From: Eledone cirrhosa
Taxonomy: Eukaryota
Direction of reading: 5' to 3'
Length of the DNA stretch: 64,000 nucleotides
Assembly: GCA_964016885.1 (NCBI GenBank)
Contig: OZ024740.1
Location: 166,904,001-166,968,000 of the forward strand
Shown: piece by piece, positions 39,770-54,849 of the stretch
Position numbering within the stretch: the first letter of the stretch is position 1
Layout of the letters: each line of letters opens with the position of its first letter
The notes under the pieces: generated by a model
Seen by the model: only the letters and a program-made list of their open reading frames with translations
What the model was told of the DNA's origin: nothing
The model's database searches: none
Program-made: the position numbers and the translations under genes

Positions 39770-40767
39770 ATCCATTTCAATAACCAGAATTTCACAGTGT
39801 GGCAGGTCTTCCAGAAATCGTTGGAGTATTTCCAAGAGTTATATGCTTTTTTTGTAGACCTCGTAAATATATACGCGTTCTTGGGACCTGATGTGTCAGA
39901 TTGGGCTAGAGTATGGGATCGATTGCAGCTTCGTTTTGTCCTGTTGTCTCTATACGAATGCCCAAGTATTTGTGTTCGGATAAATAGTGCTAAATCAAAA
40001 CCGTTCATTGTGGGAATCGAACTCCGCCAAAGGCGAGTAATGTCATCTATCTGGCGTGGAAGTGGTATCTCGACTGGCAGGTGGAAAATCATTACTGAGA
40101 AAACTGGGACACTCGTCATCTCAAGGAAACCGACGCAGTGAACTCTACATGTGAATGGAGTTCCACTGAAACAGGTGGAGAAGTTCATGTATCTAGGGGT
40201 CGTGTGCACGAGTGATGGAATGCAAGAGGCTGAATTAAGCGGAAGAATTGCAGGAGTTGTTGCAGTAATGCACCAGCTTCAGCATTCAATAATCAGAAGA
40301 AGAGGGGTATGTGTAATAATCAAATTCGCTATCTTCAGATCGGTATTCGTATTAACCCTTAGCTATTGTCATGAATTTTGCGTTACGACCGAAAGAATAC
40401 GATCGTAAATACAAGCGACTGAAATGCTCCGAAGTGCCTTTGATGCAATGTTGCTCGATAGAGTGCGTAGCATGGAGATCAGAGAGTCATTCCAGGTTGA
40501 GTCGTTACTTTTCAGAATTGAGAGATCACAGCTTCCATATTATGCGGATGTGGTTAGAATGTCTCAGTAGAGAATAGCAGGTAAGATTTTACGAACAAAA
40601 CTTACCGGCAGGAGACCCAGTGGTACACCCCGTCATCATGGTTCGACAACATCCATGAGCTTGGCTGGTCTCGCTTGGGCATCCAGGCGGATCGGTGGAG
40701 ACAGTTGCTCTTGACAGGATGCGATGAAATGAGTGTTTGCGTACTCTGCCACAAGCTCCGTCTCAGG
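39770..40767 (+). mobile_element. Decayed RTE-like LINE 3' part with an internal deletion
   Basis: FFVDL, VRINS.KSKPF.VG.ELRQ, QVEKFMYLG, L.Y.HE; followed by (GAA)n. Confidence 0.75.
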
Positions 40768-40884
40768 AAGAAGAAGAAGAAGAAGAAGAAGAAGAAGAAG
40801 AAGAAGAAGAAGAAGAAGAAGAAGAAGAAGAAGAAGAAGAAGAAGAAGAAGAAGAAGAAGAAGAAGAAGAAGAAGAAGAAGAAG
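40768..40884. repeat. (GAA)n microsatellite at the LINE tail
   Basis: Direct reading. Confidence 0.95.
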
Positions 40885-41023
40885 ATCACACACCGACTAA
40901 ACATACAGTAGTTGCTATGTTTTTCCCTAAATATATTCAACAAACAGAAGGAACAGACGTTAAATACGCATCATAAAGCTAAGGGTTATCTACCATACAT
41001 TTATAGGCATCAATATTTGTCCG

Positions 41024-41120
41024 GAGGTTGACTTTGCCTTTCATCCTTACGGGGTCGATAAAATAAAGTACCAGTAATGAACTGGGTAATTGCTGGCCTT
41101 GTGCCTAAAGTAGACACAAA
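41024..41120 (+). mobile_element. SINE 3' half
   Basis: gaggttgactttgcc...aagtagacacaa. Confidence 0.85.
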
Positions 41121-43985
41121 CGTTTGTCGGTGATTAATTTGCTTGTGGACCACTGTTGAACTAAAGATAGGTTGTAATTTAACTGTACTATGTTCGATAG
41201 TTGCTGACATTATAAATACGTATATTTTCTCAGGAGGACGTAAACGTATATATTTTGATGTAACTATAGTTTACTTCAATGTTCTTATTTTATCGTCTTT
41301 GGAATGCGAAGTCGTTTCTTGCGGATGTTGAATTTGCAACGAATGATATTATTACCACACACATTTAATTCCTGGTAATAAGTATCTCTCCTCCTTCAAT
41401 AAAAGTGTTTCTACTATATGAACATACTTTGTCGTTGTAGGCGTGTATTTATGGCCAGATCGATATAGCTATTCCACCATTTGTGATATATAAAACACAT
41501 AGCAGTCCTTTAACGGTATAAGCGACTCAAACTCTTGAAACGCTTCTTACAATGCGGATATAGTTCAATGAATTAAACAAATAGAATAAGATTGTTCAGG
41601 TAAAATGAATAACATGTCACAAGGTCATGTAGATAGTCATAAATATAGTTTGCTCATGAGGATGATTCGACAAATATGATAATTAAAAATACTAAACCTG
41701 TTATGAGGTAGAGGTAGACAAATCAAAGTGTCATCGTTTTTTAAGTCCGGGATTCTTCAATGCTTAACAGAATAAAGCGATAGTTGGAGTTTATCCTCGT
41801 TTCATAAACCATTAAGCAATTTCAAGAAAAAGAATCAAATATGGCTAACTCTACTTTATTGCCGACATATATTCCCAACCGAGTGAATGCCCCAGGACAA
41901 AACACATCTCCTAGTCAGAGAATCGAACACATGCCCTTTTTTGGTCAGGTGAATATGCTAACCTGCAAGTCAAGTGCCTTCAGAAAGATGCTGGCAGGCA
42001 GTGATACATGAAGGACAGATATGCGTCACTAGGCTATATGGTAAGTGAAACATTACATGAGGATGTGGCCTGTACTAAATTCTATAACGAATGATAAACG
42101 GACGAGAAAGAAAATGGAAGAGTGAAAGTTAGGTGTTTTGTTTTTGTTTTTTGTTTTTTTTCTGTGAAATTACAGCCTCCATGTGATTCCGATTTTCACA
42201 GTGATACATCAACTATGTGCTTACCATATGACATCTAGTATCAATTCAGATATTTCAAACCATTTTTCACTTTTCTTTTCTCCGTTATTATATTATGGTT
42301 GCCTGACAGCTTTTCGATTAGAAGAAATTATATTTGGTGTAATTGAACATTTGCGTCTACTAGATTGTCATGTTGCGAAGAATATTTCGAATTAATGGAA
42401 TGGGTTTCATACAGCAAATTCAAATATTAAACATAGTCAATCTCTCACTAACCTTTGCACATATATGCACACACAAAAATGGGATACACTGCACTTCTGC
42501 ACTGTTCTAAAATAGATGTAACTTGTTCTTTCATTTATCTTATATATATATATATATATATATATCTGTATTTTAATTGAATACTTGAAATTATAATATA
42601 TTTCCGTCAACTTAGTCTATTTCAGGTTTTATATTAAACTAATATGCTAGGCCATTAAAATATTCTAAACTGTAGGTCGAAAAGAACAAAATACATATCT
42701 ATATACAAACTATACATGATTGCTTCCCAATTGAGAAGAAAATTGTGAATAACCTAGAATATCAAGAAAAACACCATTAGTTACAAATCTGACTAAGACG
42801 GCAACTACTAATTTCACACACACAAAAGTAAATAAAAACTAAAATTAAACTAACATATAGCAACAATGATGGTGCTAATAGCAAAGGTAAGAGAAACTGT
42901 GGAAAAAATATTATTGGCAGTGAAATTAATCAATAGTTATTTGGCTGAATTTCTGACAAACTTCGTCGCAGCTTCAGGCTAAAGTCTAATCGTTCTCAGT
43001 TCAGCTGATACAAGGCAAGTACAATGCACTTGATTTCCAAACGTTCAAGTAATAGTTCTTTATCTTACATTCCTTTGCACATCTTAGAGAGTTAATTTGA
43101 ATAGAGCCTACTGTTGATTCAATAATTTACATTACCAAAATGTCTTTGTTTTCGAAATACCTAACACACACACACAGTGTCATATTCAGTTACACAAAAA
43201 GCACACGTACATTACAAATACACTCATATTATCCACATACACTCATATTATCAATCATATTTGTGTGTGCATTTATATTTGTGTAAATGACTCATTTTTA
43301 TTTGTAGGCATTCAAATGTTTAGAGCAAAAGCACATGATATATATACGTAGAGGAAAGAAATTATTTTTCCTATGTGAAATGTTAATAGTGACTTGGAAG
43401 CGTCACGAATTAGGTCTTGTCATCATGAAGTAAGCAATTCCCCCAGAAATATGTATTGTGGTTAATTCTGTAATTAAAGATGTTGTGAAATCTAACTGGG
43501 ATATTGTATTATTAATGTATTTGACCTTGTGATGCAAGCCGTATTACACATTTTGAAGAATACAAACATACTCACACACACACAAAAACATATATATATA
43601 TATATATATATATACACACTTCTATGTATGTATATAGATTTATATATATATATATATACACACACTTCTATGTATGTATATAGATTTATATATTTATACA
43701 CACATGTATGTTTGTATATATATATATTGTTAAACAAATTCAGAAACGATATATATATATATATATTAGAGCAAACAATACGGGCGCTCTATCTCAAAAT
43801 TATTTTTGAAAAGCATTAGAAATGCGCAACCGGTAAAACTTAAAACCAAAACTGAATACTAACCAATAATATTACTAATTTTTTCTTATTCCTAATTAAA
43901 CTACTTTTCACTGGGAACAATTTGTCAGCATTTTCTTTTCCTTTTACCAATATATCATAACTCGTGTCTTACACCTCTATTCTTT

Positions 43986-44049
<64 letters not shown>

Positions 44050-44109
44050 AGCGTGAAACTAATAAACCTTTGTCTGTACAGCCTCTCTGTTTAGTTCACG
44101 TTCCATGTT

Positions 44110-44140
<31 letters not shown>

Positions 44141-44795
44141 GTTAATATAAAATGCTCGGATCTATTCATTGGAATCATTGAGCTTATACTACACTGGATA
44201 TGGCGCATGTCTCGGACATGACTCCCTTAATTTAATTTAATTTAATTAATTTTAGATATATAAACGGCTCCTTAATTGTAGAGCTTATTCATTTGAAAGG
44301 ACCTGGCTGCTATTTATAGCTGTCGATCACCCTATTCACGCCAATGTGGTGACGTTAGCATGTTGTTAGTAGTTTTAGAAATGCAACACGTGCGATGGCT
44401 CACTCGCAGATTTGCATTTGATGTGTAAGCACAGATCGTTAAATCTTCCCCCTTGCTGAAGATCCAAGATTTGACTACTGTGACATTACGGATTAACGGT
44501 GAAATATATTTCTTTAATGAAATATATACAAAGAGGATTAATCACTTTTTAAAAAGTTAATATCTGAAGCTCTAGTTAAACTTTAATTAGTTACCTACAT
44601 AACTATGTGTGATACACACTTTACAAATTATCCCCTGTGATTGTTTCATGTGTTTATTTTAAATATATATATATATATATGTCAATTAATTTCTAGTTGA
44701 TATAAAATGCTCGAATCTATTCATTGAAAATATTTGAGCTTATTCTACGGTGGATATGGCGCATGTCTCGGACATGACTCCCTTAATTTAATTTA

Positions 44796-44803
<8 letters not shown>
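44141..44803. repeat. ~105-bp direct repeats (44141-44250 and 44697-44803) adjacent to (TA)n
   Basis: Both read ataaaatgctcg.atctattcattg...ggatatggcgcatgtctcggacatgactcccttaatttaatttaatt. Confidence 0.8.
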
Positions 44804-44872
<69 letters not shown>

Positions 44873-44875
44873 ATG

Positions 44876-44910
<35 letters not shown>

Positions 44911-45459
44911 GTTTGCGTATGTATCTGTGTATGTCTGTGTCTGTGTGGTAGGATGCACACCTTCGTGGTTGGTTTATTCGGCTGAGTTCTATTCTCACTG
45001 ACTCAATGTATCCTTCAGAAAGACAGTATTATTCGTTGCTCTACGTTGCACTAATCTACTCAGCTATCTAAAATAAGTCCTACCCGTAATTCGAGGGGCA
45101 ACAATTGCCATAATCTGTGTCCCAATGAATATTCCTGACAATATAGTTAATAATATGTTTCTCTAGAATGGTGAACCATTCTCACGTTAATTTCACGTAC
45201 AAGCTGTTCCGTTTATAGTATAAAAGTATCACTCGAAATTGTAACCGGATGAATGACAGTTTATATGTATGTATGTGTGTGATTGTATATATTGTATATA
45301 TATATATATATACATGCATATGTATATATATATATACGTATGTGTGTGTGTGTGTATGCATATATATATATATGTGTGTATGTATATATATATATATGTA
45401 TCTACCTATCTATATATATACACACACATCTATGAGTATATATATATATATATATATAT

Positions 45460-45720
45460 TTCAAAAATTTGATTAACGGCATCAATAAACACATCCAATT
45501 CACAATGGAATACAGCCAAGATCAACTCCCATTTCTGGACATCTTAATCATAAAAAAGACACAAATATTGAAGCTGATATCTATTACAAACCAACAGATC
45601 CCAAACACTACTTGCTATTCACCTCGAACCATCCAAAGCCCACGAAGACGAACTTCCCTTTTAATCTAGCAAGAAAAATGTGCACGATTGTCTCCAATTA
45701 CAAAACGCGAAATAAAATAA
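45460..45720 (+). mobile_element. Penelope-like element RT C-terminal fragment
   Basis: INKHIQFTME...LPFLDILI, then frameshifted DIYYKPTD..HYL.FTSNHP..TK.NFPFNLARK.CTIVS. Confidence 0.85.
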
Positions 45721-45822
45721 CCATTTAAGTGAAACGCGTGTTCTCAAGTATCTCATCCTTTGGATTGAACACTCTTTCAACTTTTATATAACCTACTAAT
45801 TTTAAACTACAATATATATATA

Positions 45823-47182
45823 TATTAATTCAAAATATTAACAAAATAGATATACTTGTGATCAAGTATATTTTATTGTACATATTTCAGAGGTACTGAG
45901 TTAAGTTCAACAGTACGTCCTCATCAGATAAAATAAGATGATGCATGACATATCCTGACATAGTAGATGGTTAAGATTCAGTCATGGTAGTGAGTAATAT
46001 ATGACAAAACTCAATATTTATACCTTAATATTAAGAACATGAGAAAAATATATAATACATACAATAGAGAGCGTGCGTGCAAAATAGCTTAAAAAATACA
46101 TGGCATCAATATAACAGTTAAAATATTTAAATTACTGAAGAAAGAAGAAAGAAATTTAACAATATTTGTCAGTAACTTTTTTACTATATTGTATTATTGT
46201 ATTATGTTATGTATATTTGATAGGTATCACCTTAAACTTTAGACACTATAATCCTTGTATATGTTTCGATTAACACATATATATATAATCTAAAATTCAG
46301 ACTTCTTTAAGTTTAATTATAAGGCCTGTTGAACCTTTAGGCACTCAAATTGTTAATCATAAATTCTTTAATAATTATAACTATAATTATTTTATAAAGT
46401 ATATTATATAAACTGTTGTCAATATTATAAATAATTTTGGTAAAGTTTACCTTCGTGAGGTTATAAAAACACTATATATTTTCTTTCTCGGGTTCGTAAA
46501 TCCTTTAAATTTGATTTCATAAAATTTGAATTTTAGAAATTAAACTTGATATGTATACTATAATATTAATGCAGATACCTATTAACTTTTAAAACCTAAA
46601 ATATTATTCATTACTCTGAAATAACTTAAATTAAATATTTTGAATGTTAACGGTCAACCAAATAAGTTTAGATGTATTTTGTATATATGGATAATTGTCT
46701 ACAAACTTGAACATAAATTATTCTCATTTGTCTTTCGAGGCACCTACTAACTATATTATCCCATCAGCTGTTTCTTCCTCTATGCTTTCCTTTCTTTCCT
46801 TTTTCTTCAGTAATTTAAATTTCTTAACTGTTATATTGATGCCATGTATTTCTTAAGCTATATTTCACGCACCCTCTGTATTGTATGTATTATATATTTT
46901 TCTCATGTTCTCAATATTAAGGTATAAATATTGAGTTTTGTCATATATTACTCACTACCATATTGCAATCTTAACCATCTACTATGTCAGTGTATGTCAT
47001 GCATCATCGTATTTATCTGATGAGGACGTACTGTTGAACTTAACTCAGTACCTCTGAAATATGTATAATAAAATATACTTTATCACAAGAATATCTATTT
47101 TGTTAATATTTTGAATTAATATTAATAACTCTGGAAAACTAATACTGTTGAGTGCTTCAAATTTATTGTAAAACTCATTCTT

Positions 47183-47239
<57 letters not shown>

Positions 47240-47515
47240 TGCATATATATATATATATATATGCATGCATATATATATATATATATCAAAGAATGAGTTT
47301 TACAATTAATTTGAAGCACTCAACAGTATTAGTTTTCCAGAGTTATTAATATTAATTCAAAATATTAACAAAATAGATATTCTTGTGATCAAGTATATTT
47401 TATTATACATATTTCAGAGGTACTGAGTTAAGTTCAACAGTACGTCCTCATCAGATAAATAAGATGATGCATGACATACACTGACATAGTAGATGGTTAA
47501 GATTGCAATATGGTA

Positions 47516-47517
<2 letters not shown>
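45823..47517. repeat. Three alternating-orientation copies of a hammerhead-bearing repeat (probable Penelope-like pseudo-LTR)
   Basis: - copy 45823-46154, + copy ~46790-47185, - copy 47285-47517. Confidence 0.85.
47010..47075 (+). ncRNA. Type I hammerhead ribozyme motif
   Basis: tttat-CTGATGA-ggacgtactg..cagtacctct-GAAA-tatgta-TA-ataaa; further copies on the - strand at ~45868-45935 and ~47395-47461. Confidence 0.7.
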
Positions 47518-47955
<438 letters not shown>

Positions 47956-49252
47956 TTCCTCTCTTCTTGTTTCGATTAGTGCCTTTATGTTACAAAATTT
48001 ACTGTGTTCAGAGCGTACTAATAGTAGGCTTAAAGCTTTAAACCAATCTTGTGCTAACATTAGTTACAGCAAAATATTGTTCCATTACGTTGCTTGTACT
48101 TAACGATTGTCCTGTTATTTGGTAAGTATACTATGCACTGACAGGAATTTAGCTTCTCTTATTAATGTAAAAATTGTCAGAGTTTGCGTCCATTCGAAAC
48201 TACTAATGCAACATTGAATGTGTCTTTTCTAAAATTTCTTTGACACGAACGGATTCACTTATCAAATTCCCATTTCCAGACCACATATTCCTAGCAATAC
48301 CAAATAAAATATAGTGTTGAGTTTAATGAACTGTTTTGTCACTTCTTGGAATGTATGCCTCGATTCACAAATACGCGTTGTATAGATAATAAATATTGAT
48401 TTTCCCTTTGGATATATATGGTTATATTTTCTAAAGGAAGGTATCCATAAGTGAATATGTTTGAATCACATGCAATCAATTACTGGTACTTTTATTGATT
48501 CTATTTTAGAAATATATGAGTGTGCTATTTACTAGAATGTATTTCTTACCGCGCTTTTATGCTTTAGTTAATCTGATCTATATAGACAGGACTCGTTTTA
48601 ATGTATGGGTTTACGTTATCGTTGCGCTTAATAATTATATTTGTCTCACTTTGTTCTGAGTGATACGCCCTATAATCAATGATTTTCAGACTTGATCATT
48701 TAATCTTTTTCTATATCTAATATTATCCAAATTTTGTTTGACCTTCCTTTCTAATACGGTAAGGTTTGATGTTTTAGTGTCTTAACGTGAGTTGACTTAT
48801 CCTTATATCAGATCAATTGATCGCGTATGTATTTCACACGTTGTATTGTTCATGATGCTAATAAGAATACCGTCGTTACTGTGTAATTACGGTCACGACT
48901 ATTTCAAAATATATTAGAATGCCATAGGCGATTAGTAGGAGTTATGTGGTTCGACATACAACCACAATAGACAATTAAATACTAATATTGTTTACATTTG
49001 CGTAGAATCTGGGCTTTCCAAATGGATGATAATGCCATTGAAATCCTCCCCAATATATGAAATTAAGTGAAAAGGTAGCCGCATTGAATATTACTGGAAA
49101 AAAAAACAGTAAAACGCTTAGTGGAATTACACAGTACTAACCTATTCCATAAATTTCCACCTCATATATAATGATTTTTAGTATAGGCACACGGCAAGTA
49201 ATTTTGGGGGAGGGAATGGCGATTAAATCTATACATTTTTCAAATCATTATT

Positions 49253-49750
49253 CGGTGGATTAGCAGTATCGGTGGAGGGTCGGACGCCATGCTTTCCAGC
49301 ATAGTTACGTCCCTTTACGATCTGAGTTCAAATCCCGCCGAGGTTGACTTTGCTTTTCATCCTTACGGGGTCGATAAAATAAAGTACCAGTAATGAACTG
49401 GGTAATTGCTGGCCTTGTGCCTAAAGTAGAAACAATTATTATGTTATTATAAAGTACCAGTAATACCCTGGATTAATCGCTGGCCTTGTGCCAAAAATAG
49501 AAACAATTATTACGTTATTAGGTTTATAGGGCTGTGGATTATCATTATTACGTTATAGAGCGGTGGATTGGCAGTATCGGAAGAGGGTCGGACGCCATGA
49601 TTAGCATCATAGAGTTACGGCCCTTTAGGATCAAAGTAAAAATCCCACCCAGGTTAGTTTTGTCTTTTACTCTTACGGGCTCGATAAAATAAAGTACCAG
49701 CAATACACTGTGATAATGGCTGGCCTTGTGCCAAAGTAAAAACAATTATT
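49253..49750 (+). mobile_element. Tandem cluster of three SINE copies (49253-49440, 49450-49511 3' fragment, 49558-49750)
   Basis: Same family; repeated attatta(c/t)gttat target sequence between copies. Confidence 0.9.
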
Positions 49751-50892
49751 ACGTTATTACTTTATCAAACTCAGTTTTTGACGAGGGGGTAGTACATAGG
49801 CAAACGGTTCTATTGCACACCATTCCAAATAACAAAGACATTATTTATACGTGTTTGCACGGCCAAATCTATTTCAAATCATTTGCATACTCTTTTACAA
49901 CGGGCGATGTTCCCGCAGGTATTATATCTGAAGCTAGACGAGCCTGACCACACTCGGAACACTTTTGACTATAGGCCTTCATGAGAAATATAATGCCAAT
50001 TACAATATTATTACCATATCTCGATCACAGTATTGCTGCATGCTGAAATTGCAGATATAGGAGACTAAATAACTGATCATATTATTTGCCCCATAGCTAT
50101 CTAACTCCATAGTAGCACCATGCTAACCAGGGAGAATTCACATAACAGGTTGATATGTTAGAAATAGCAGCCAAATATCCTTAATAATAAAAAGGGCCAA
50201 ATTATATAACATAATTTGAGATATCTTTAAATAGATGGCGTATCCATGGTTTGAAAGACATTGATCATAGATATGCTAGCTTAAGACTACCGGAGTAGCT
50301 AAACAAGAATGTTCCCCTAATATTTAGCTCATACATATTTAGACACAATACACATGCTACATACAATGAAAATATATGAAATAGAATATTGTAGTAATCA
50401 GACTCCAGCTCATTAATTGTAGCAGTAAATTTGATGTGAACTTGGTCGCAAATTATCACACCTTATATCAATTTCTTCCTTAAATGCATGACAGTTTTCT
50501 GTATCTTGGGGACAGGAAATAGTGCATTGTAGACTCATTGTAATTTCCAACGATATTAGCCTCATAAAAAATTTAAAAGAAATCAAGAATGAGATATATT
50601 TCCTTTTTTTTTTACTGAATTACTAATAGGAGAAATAGCAGAACCCTTGAACTCTTTAAGGGCTTCTACTTTAGTTGAGCAATGTTTTCCTAGATCTAGC
50701 CCATTGCAGGCATGGACAAAGTGTTGATGTGAAACCGAAAGTCAAGTTAAGTCTACTGCCAAAGTCACAATTCAGTCTCAATTCAGTCTCATACGAAAAA
50801 CCTATGATTAAGGGTGTTTTACCCAGTAACATCCTATACTTTTTGGCATAGTTAATACGACATTATCTAGCATGTCGTCGTTTTTAAGACAG

Positions 50893-51047
50893 CAGGGTGG
50901 AATCTGAAAGTATTTGATTGCTAATTGTCACTCCCTATGCCACCAGGGTGGAATCTGAAAGTATTTGATTGCTAATTGTCACTCCCTATGCCACCAGGGT
51001 GGAATCTGAAAGTATTTGATTGCTAATTGTCACTCCCTATGCCACCA
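50893..51047. repeat. Perfect 51-bp tandem repeat, three copies
   Basis: cagggtggaatctgaaagtatttgattgctaattgtcactccctatgccac at 50893, 50944 and 50995. Confidence 0.95.
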
Positions 51048-52197
51048 AATATTTGCCGATTCTTATTGTTTACTAACTTGAAGAAATTTAATCTAGGTTG
51101 CTATATTAGTGCAAATAAATGCGTGTTTGCCTGTTTATGCACGCTTATATGCATGTTTCTATTTGTGTATACAAATATTTAATGGAGTTACATTGAGATT
51201 ATTCGAGGCAATAACATTCCGTTTGTAATCGTATGTAGATTCAGGATGGTGATCAGCCTACCTCACTAGTTTTCATTTAAACACTGGGATACAATTTCTG
51301 GTGTTCGCCTACCTTCAAAGAAAAACAAAATTGTTTCTCTGAATCATAGATGCATTATAAGGTTGATTCAAAGACGTCCAATGATTCTTTCATAGATATT
51401 CCGCGATAATTTTGATCTTGATTTTGTTCTTATTGTTTAGATCAAGAACACTACTGATCAAGCACACCTGATTAATGCGTTCCATCCACTGATTTCCATT
51501 TGTTTCTCAATTGCAATGCATCTAGGAATACATTGCCCAATTTTCGCTCCGCTTTTTTTAAAGAAAAATTACGTTGCCATTTTTATGGGGATTCGGTTGC
51601 TTATTACCGCTAGTTCTAGTGATCGCACAATGACTACCTCGTTGGGATGATTCTGAAAGTATTTAATGGATTAGGTACCCATTTCCTTTCTCTTAATATA
51701 ACATGTTAAAATCTTAGCTCTATCGAAACGCTTAAACATATCTACTTACTTTGATTAATGTAACACAAGCGTATTTAATAATATTTGATGAATATTCATA
51801 CTATTGAGTTTATATTATTTAGCCATCAGTTAGTCCATATCGAGTAAAGCTATGTTCAAAGACTTACCATCCTTGTTCTTGCAAATATTTTCCCTAGACA
51901 ATGTATTTAGAATTATATTATATACTGTGTCTTTTCATGTGGTAAAAATATATCTATGATTTATTTATTTCCTAAAATTTAAAAGGACAATTTATTCGTT
52001 AGCCTTTTTCCTTCGGAATATTGATTCTATGGCCAAGTCACTTAAAGAAAAGAGTCAATATTTTACTATCGCAAATGTAAGATTCTTCATCGAAACTCGT
52101 TCTCAGTATTACTTAGATATTTCTCATACTATTCATGTAACTACTTACATTGAAAAATGTGCACATTATGCGGTGTAGATTTAATAAAATCCAAATT

Positions 52198-52259
<62 letters not shown>

Positions 52260-52307
52260 AATGTATATATATATGTATATATATATATATATAGTTTTAA
52301 TATAGAT

Positions 52308-52360
52308 GAGATTCTACAGGACTAGAACTGTTTCATTCTTTAGAAATCATCAGGAATCTC
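52308..52360 (-). ncRNA. Type I hammerhead ribozyme motif
   Basis: GAGATTC-CTGATGA-tttctaaagaat-GAAA-CAG-ttctagtc-CTG-TA-GAATCTC. Confidence 0.75.
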
Positions 52361-52403
52361 TACATACATACATACCCATACACACACACCAATATATAGT
52401 ATA

Positions 52404-52468
<65 letters not shown>

Positions 52469-53033
52469 ATGTGTGTGTGTGTGTGTGTGTCTACATATAC
52501 TGTATATGGGGGTGTGTGTATGGGTATGTATGTATGAATCAATTTGATATATAACGTTTTAGAGAAGCCAGTACAGTGCAAACTGGAAATAAATAGGTGA
52601 AGTAAAAGAGAACTTCAATTTATGATTCGTTATTACATCGAAGAGGCTATTCAGTGCGATGATGAGTTAGACTTGATGCAGATAACGATTATTCTTTAAG
52701 GAAGGCTAAAATACCAGTCCCCAGCGAAGTCACCGAAAATTACATTGAAAATTTAAGAAAAGAGGCAGTTTTCACTAATTGACCTTGTACCAATGCCAGT
52801 GAGTGCATGCCACTATGTCTCCACCGCCAAATATTTGTGCGAAGACCAGCACATCACCACAACAATACGTTTTCTATTACACAGGGAACATTTTACTATA
52901 AGCTATCAAGGATTAATCAAATATAAGTGTAGACTAGTTTGGTTTTCTTTATCTAACTTTCATGTATAACTTGTATCGAACTAGCTTTTCTAAAACTATT
53001 TTAAACACACACGCGCGCGCGCGCCACTACCAC

Positions 53034-53088
<55 letters not shown>

Positions 53089-53128
53089 TTTTGTGAGGTT
53101 TTTTATATGAAATCGTGTGTCGAAACAA

Positions 53129-53324
53129 ATATTGTTATACTTGGGGAGGGTCATATTTGTGTAACATTGCCAGAATTAATAACAGAACACACTCACTGTT
53201 TGGTTAGATTACCGATATAAAAGACACAGAAGCGAGAAGCGAAAACCAACCAAACAGTGAGTGTGTTCTGTTATTAATTCTGGCAATATTACACAAATAT
53301 GACCCTCCCCAAGTATAACAATAT
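53129..53324. repeat. Near-perfect ~77-bp inverted repeat with ~42-bp spacer, between (TA)n runs
   Basis: 53129-53205 versus 53248-53324; related sequence at ~62446-62500. Confidence 0.9.
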
Positions 53325-54849
53325 ATATATATATATATATATATATTCGTAGAACCCTGGGAGGTTATATCTGTAGTAAACAGAACACTCAGTCCATAGG
53401 ACGAGTTCGGGATAAAGTTAGTTCCACAAAACATATATATATATATAGATTCATGTGTATGTATATCTATGAAGGTATAATTGTATACAGGAACTGAATA
53501 TTCCAGAAACGAAATAGCCTTTAGTCCTTTTCATACCAGTAAGTGAATGAGAGGACACATTTTTATCCCTCCCAATAAATAATACATGAACCTGTCAGAG
53601 TCACTGTTCAAATTTCTCAGACGTACACGCGAATTATTATTATTATTATTTTTCGATGTGGTCAACTGAAGCAAGACTTATATGATTGCCGAATAAAACA
53701 AAGCGACATCTCTAGGGGAATACGAAATCATAGAAAGTGTATAGGATTGTCTTGTCTCATGAAGCGAGAATCATTAGGTGGAACGAAATCGCTATTGTTA
53801 GCTTTTGGTTTTGTTGTGCTATTTCATTTGATTTTCTGACTGTCTGTAGTAACAGATTCGAAACCAAACTAAATATAATGGATTGCTGTTTACCTATGTC
53901 AAACTCTGTGGACTTACTTTTCTTCTTTACAAATAGCCTATGGGAAGAAAAAACGCTTCTAAACAAAACAAAGGCTCCCTGGTTGTTACATCTTACCAAC
54001 GGTTAATATTTCTTCTTCTACATCATCATCATCATTATCTTCTTGTTCTTCTTCTTGGTATGATGGCGATGATGGTGATGATGATGCAGATAATGGAAAT
54101 GATAATATATTTTCTATATTCTTAATTCCCTTTCTTCCATTACCATATCTTACTTCTCTTCACATATATGCACCTGATTCTTTCAGCATAAAAATATACG
54201 ACAGAGTGTGAGAACCTAAGCGGCTACTGGAAATACTAGAAATAGTTGGCATCTCCCTCGAATCACAGCTTACCGACTCAAGTATTGAAGAGTACATCGA
54301 ACAAATAGTTACAGTTATATAAGAAAAACGTGATGTACGTGACACTTAGTACACATTTAATAACATACTGATTCAATGCCCTCAAATTAGAATCTAAAAA
54401 TACCAAAAACACATAAGCCATAACATTAACAATATCAACCCAAATGGCAGATTATGTGTGCTCGAGCAAGCAGGTAGTTCACCTATCGGCCAGATAGAGA
54501 GATTTCCTTATTAGCACGTCTCTTCATTTGGGAAATTCGACACCGTGTAAGAACTGTTTCTTCATAATCCTTACATATATATATATACACACACACAGCG
54601 TGCACACAAACACGCGCACACACACACACACACACGCACATACACACGCACACACACACACATATATATATATATAATCATAGAATTAGAAGAACCTTCA
54701 AATATTATAAACCTCATTAATATACACCTGACACTTATATTTTACCTATTATTATAATTCATTTTTTAAATTTAGTTAACCTATAGTTAGTACAGAGAAC
54801 TTCATAATTTTATTTCCCTCTTACAGCTCTCTTTTCCTAAAATTAATAC

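Noticed and set aside
44455-44520. CTGAAGA...GAAATATATT as a hammerhead
   Set aside because: No stem I pairing
50893-51047. CRISPR-like array
   Set aside because: No unique spacers, eukaryotic context, no cas genes
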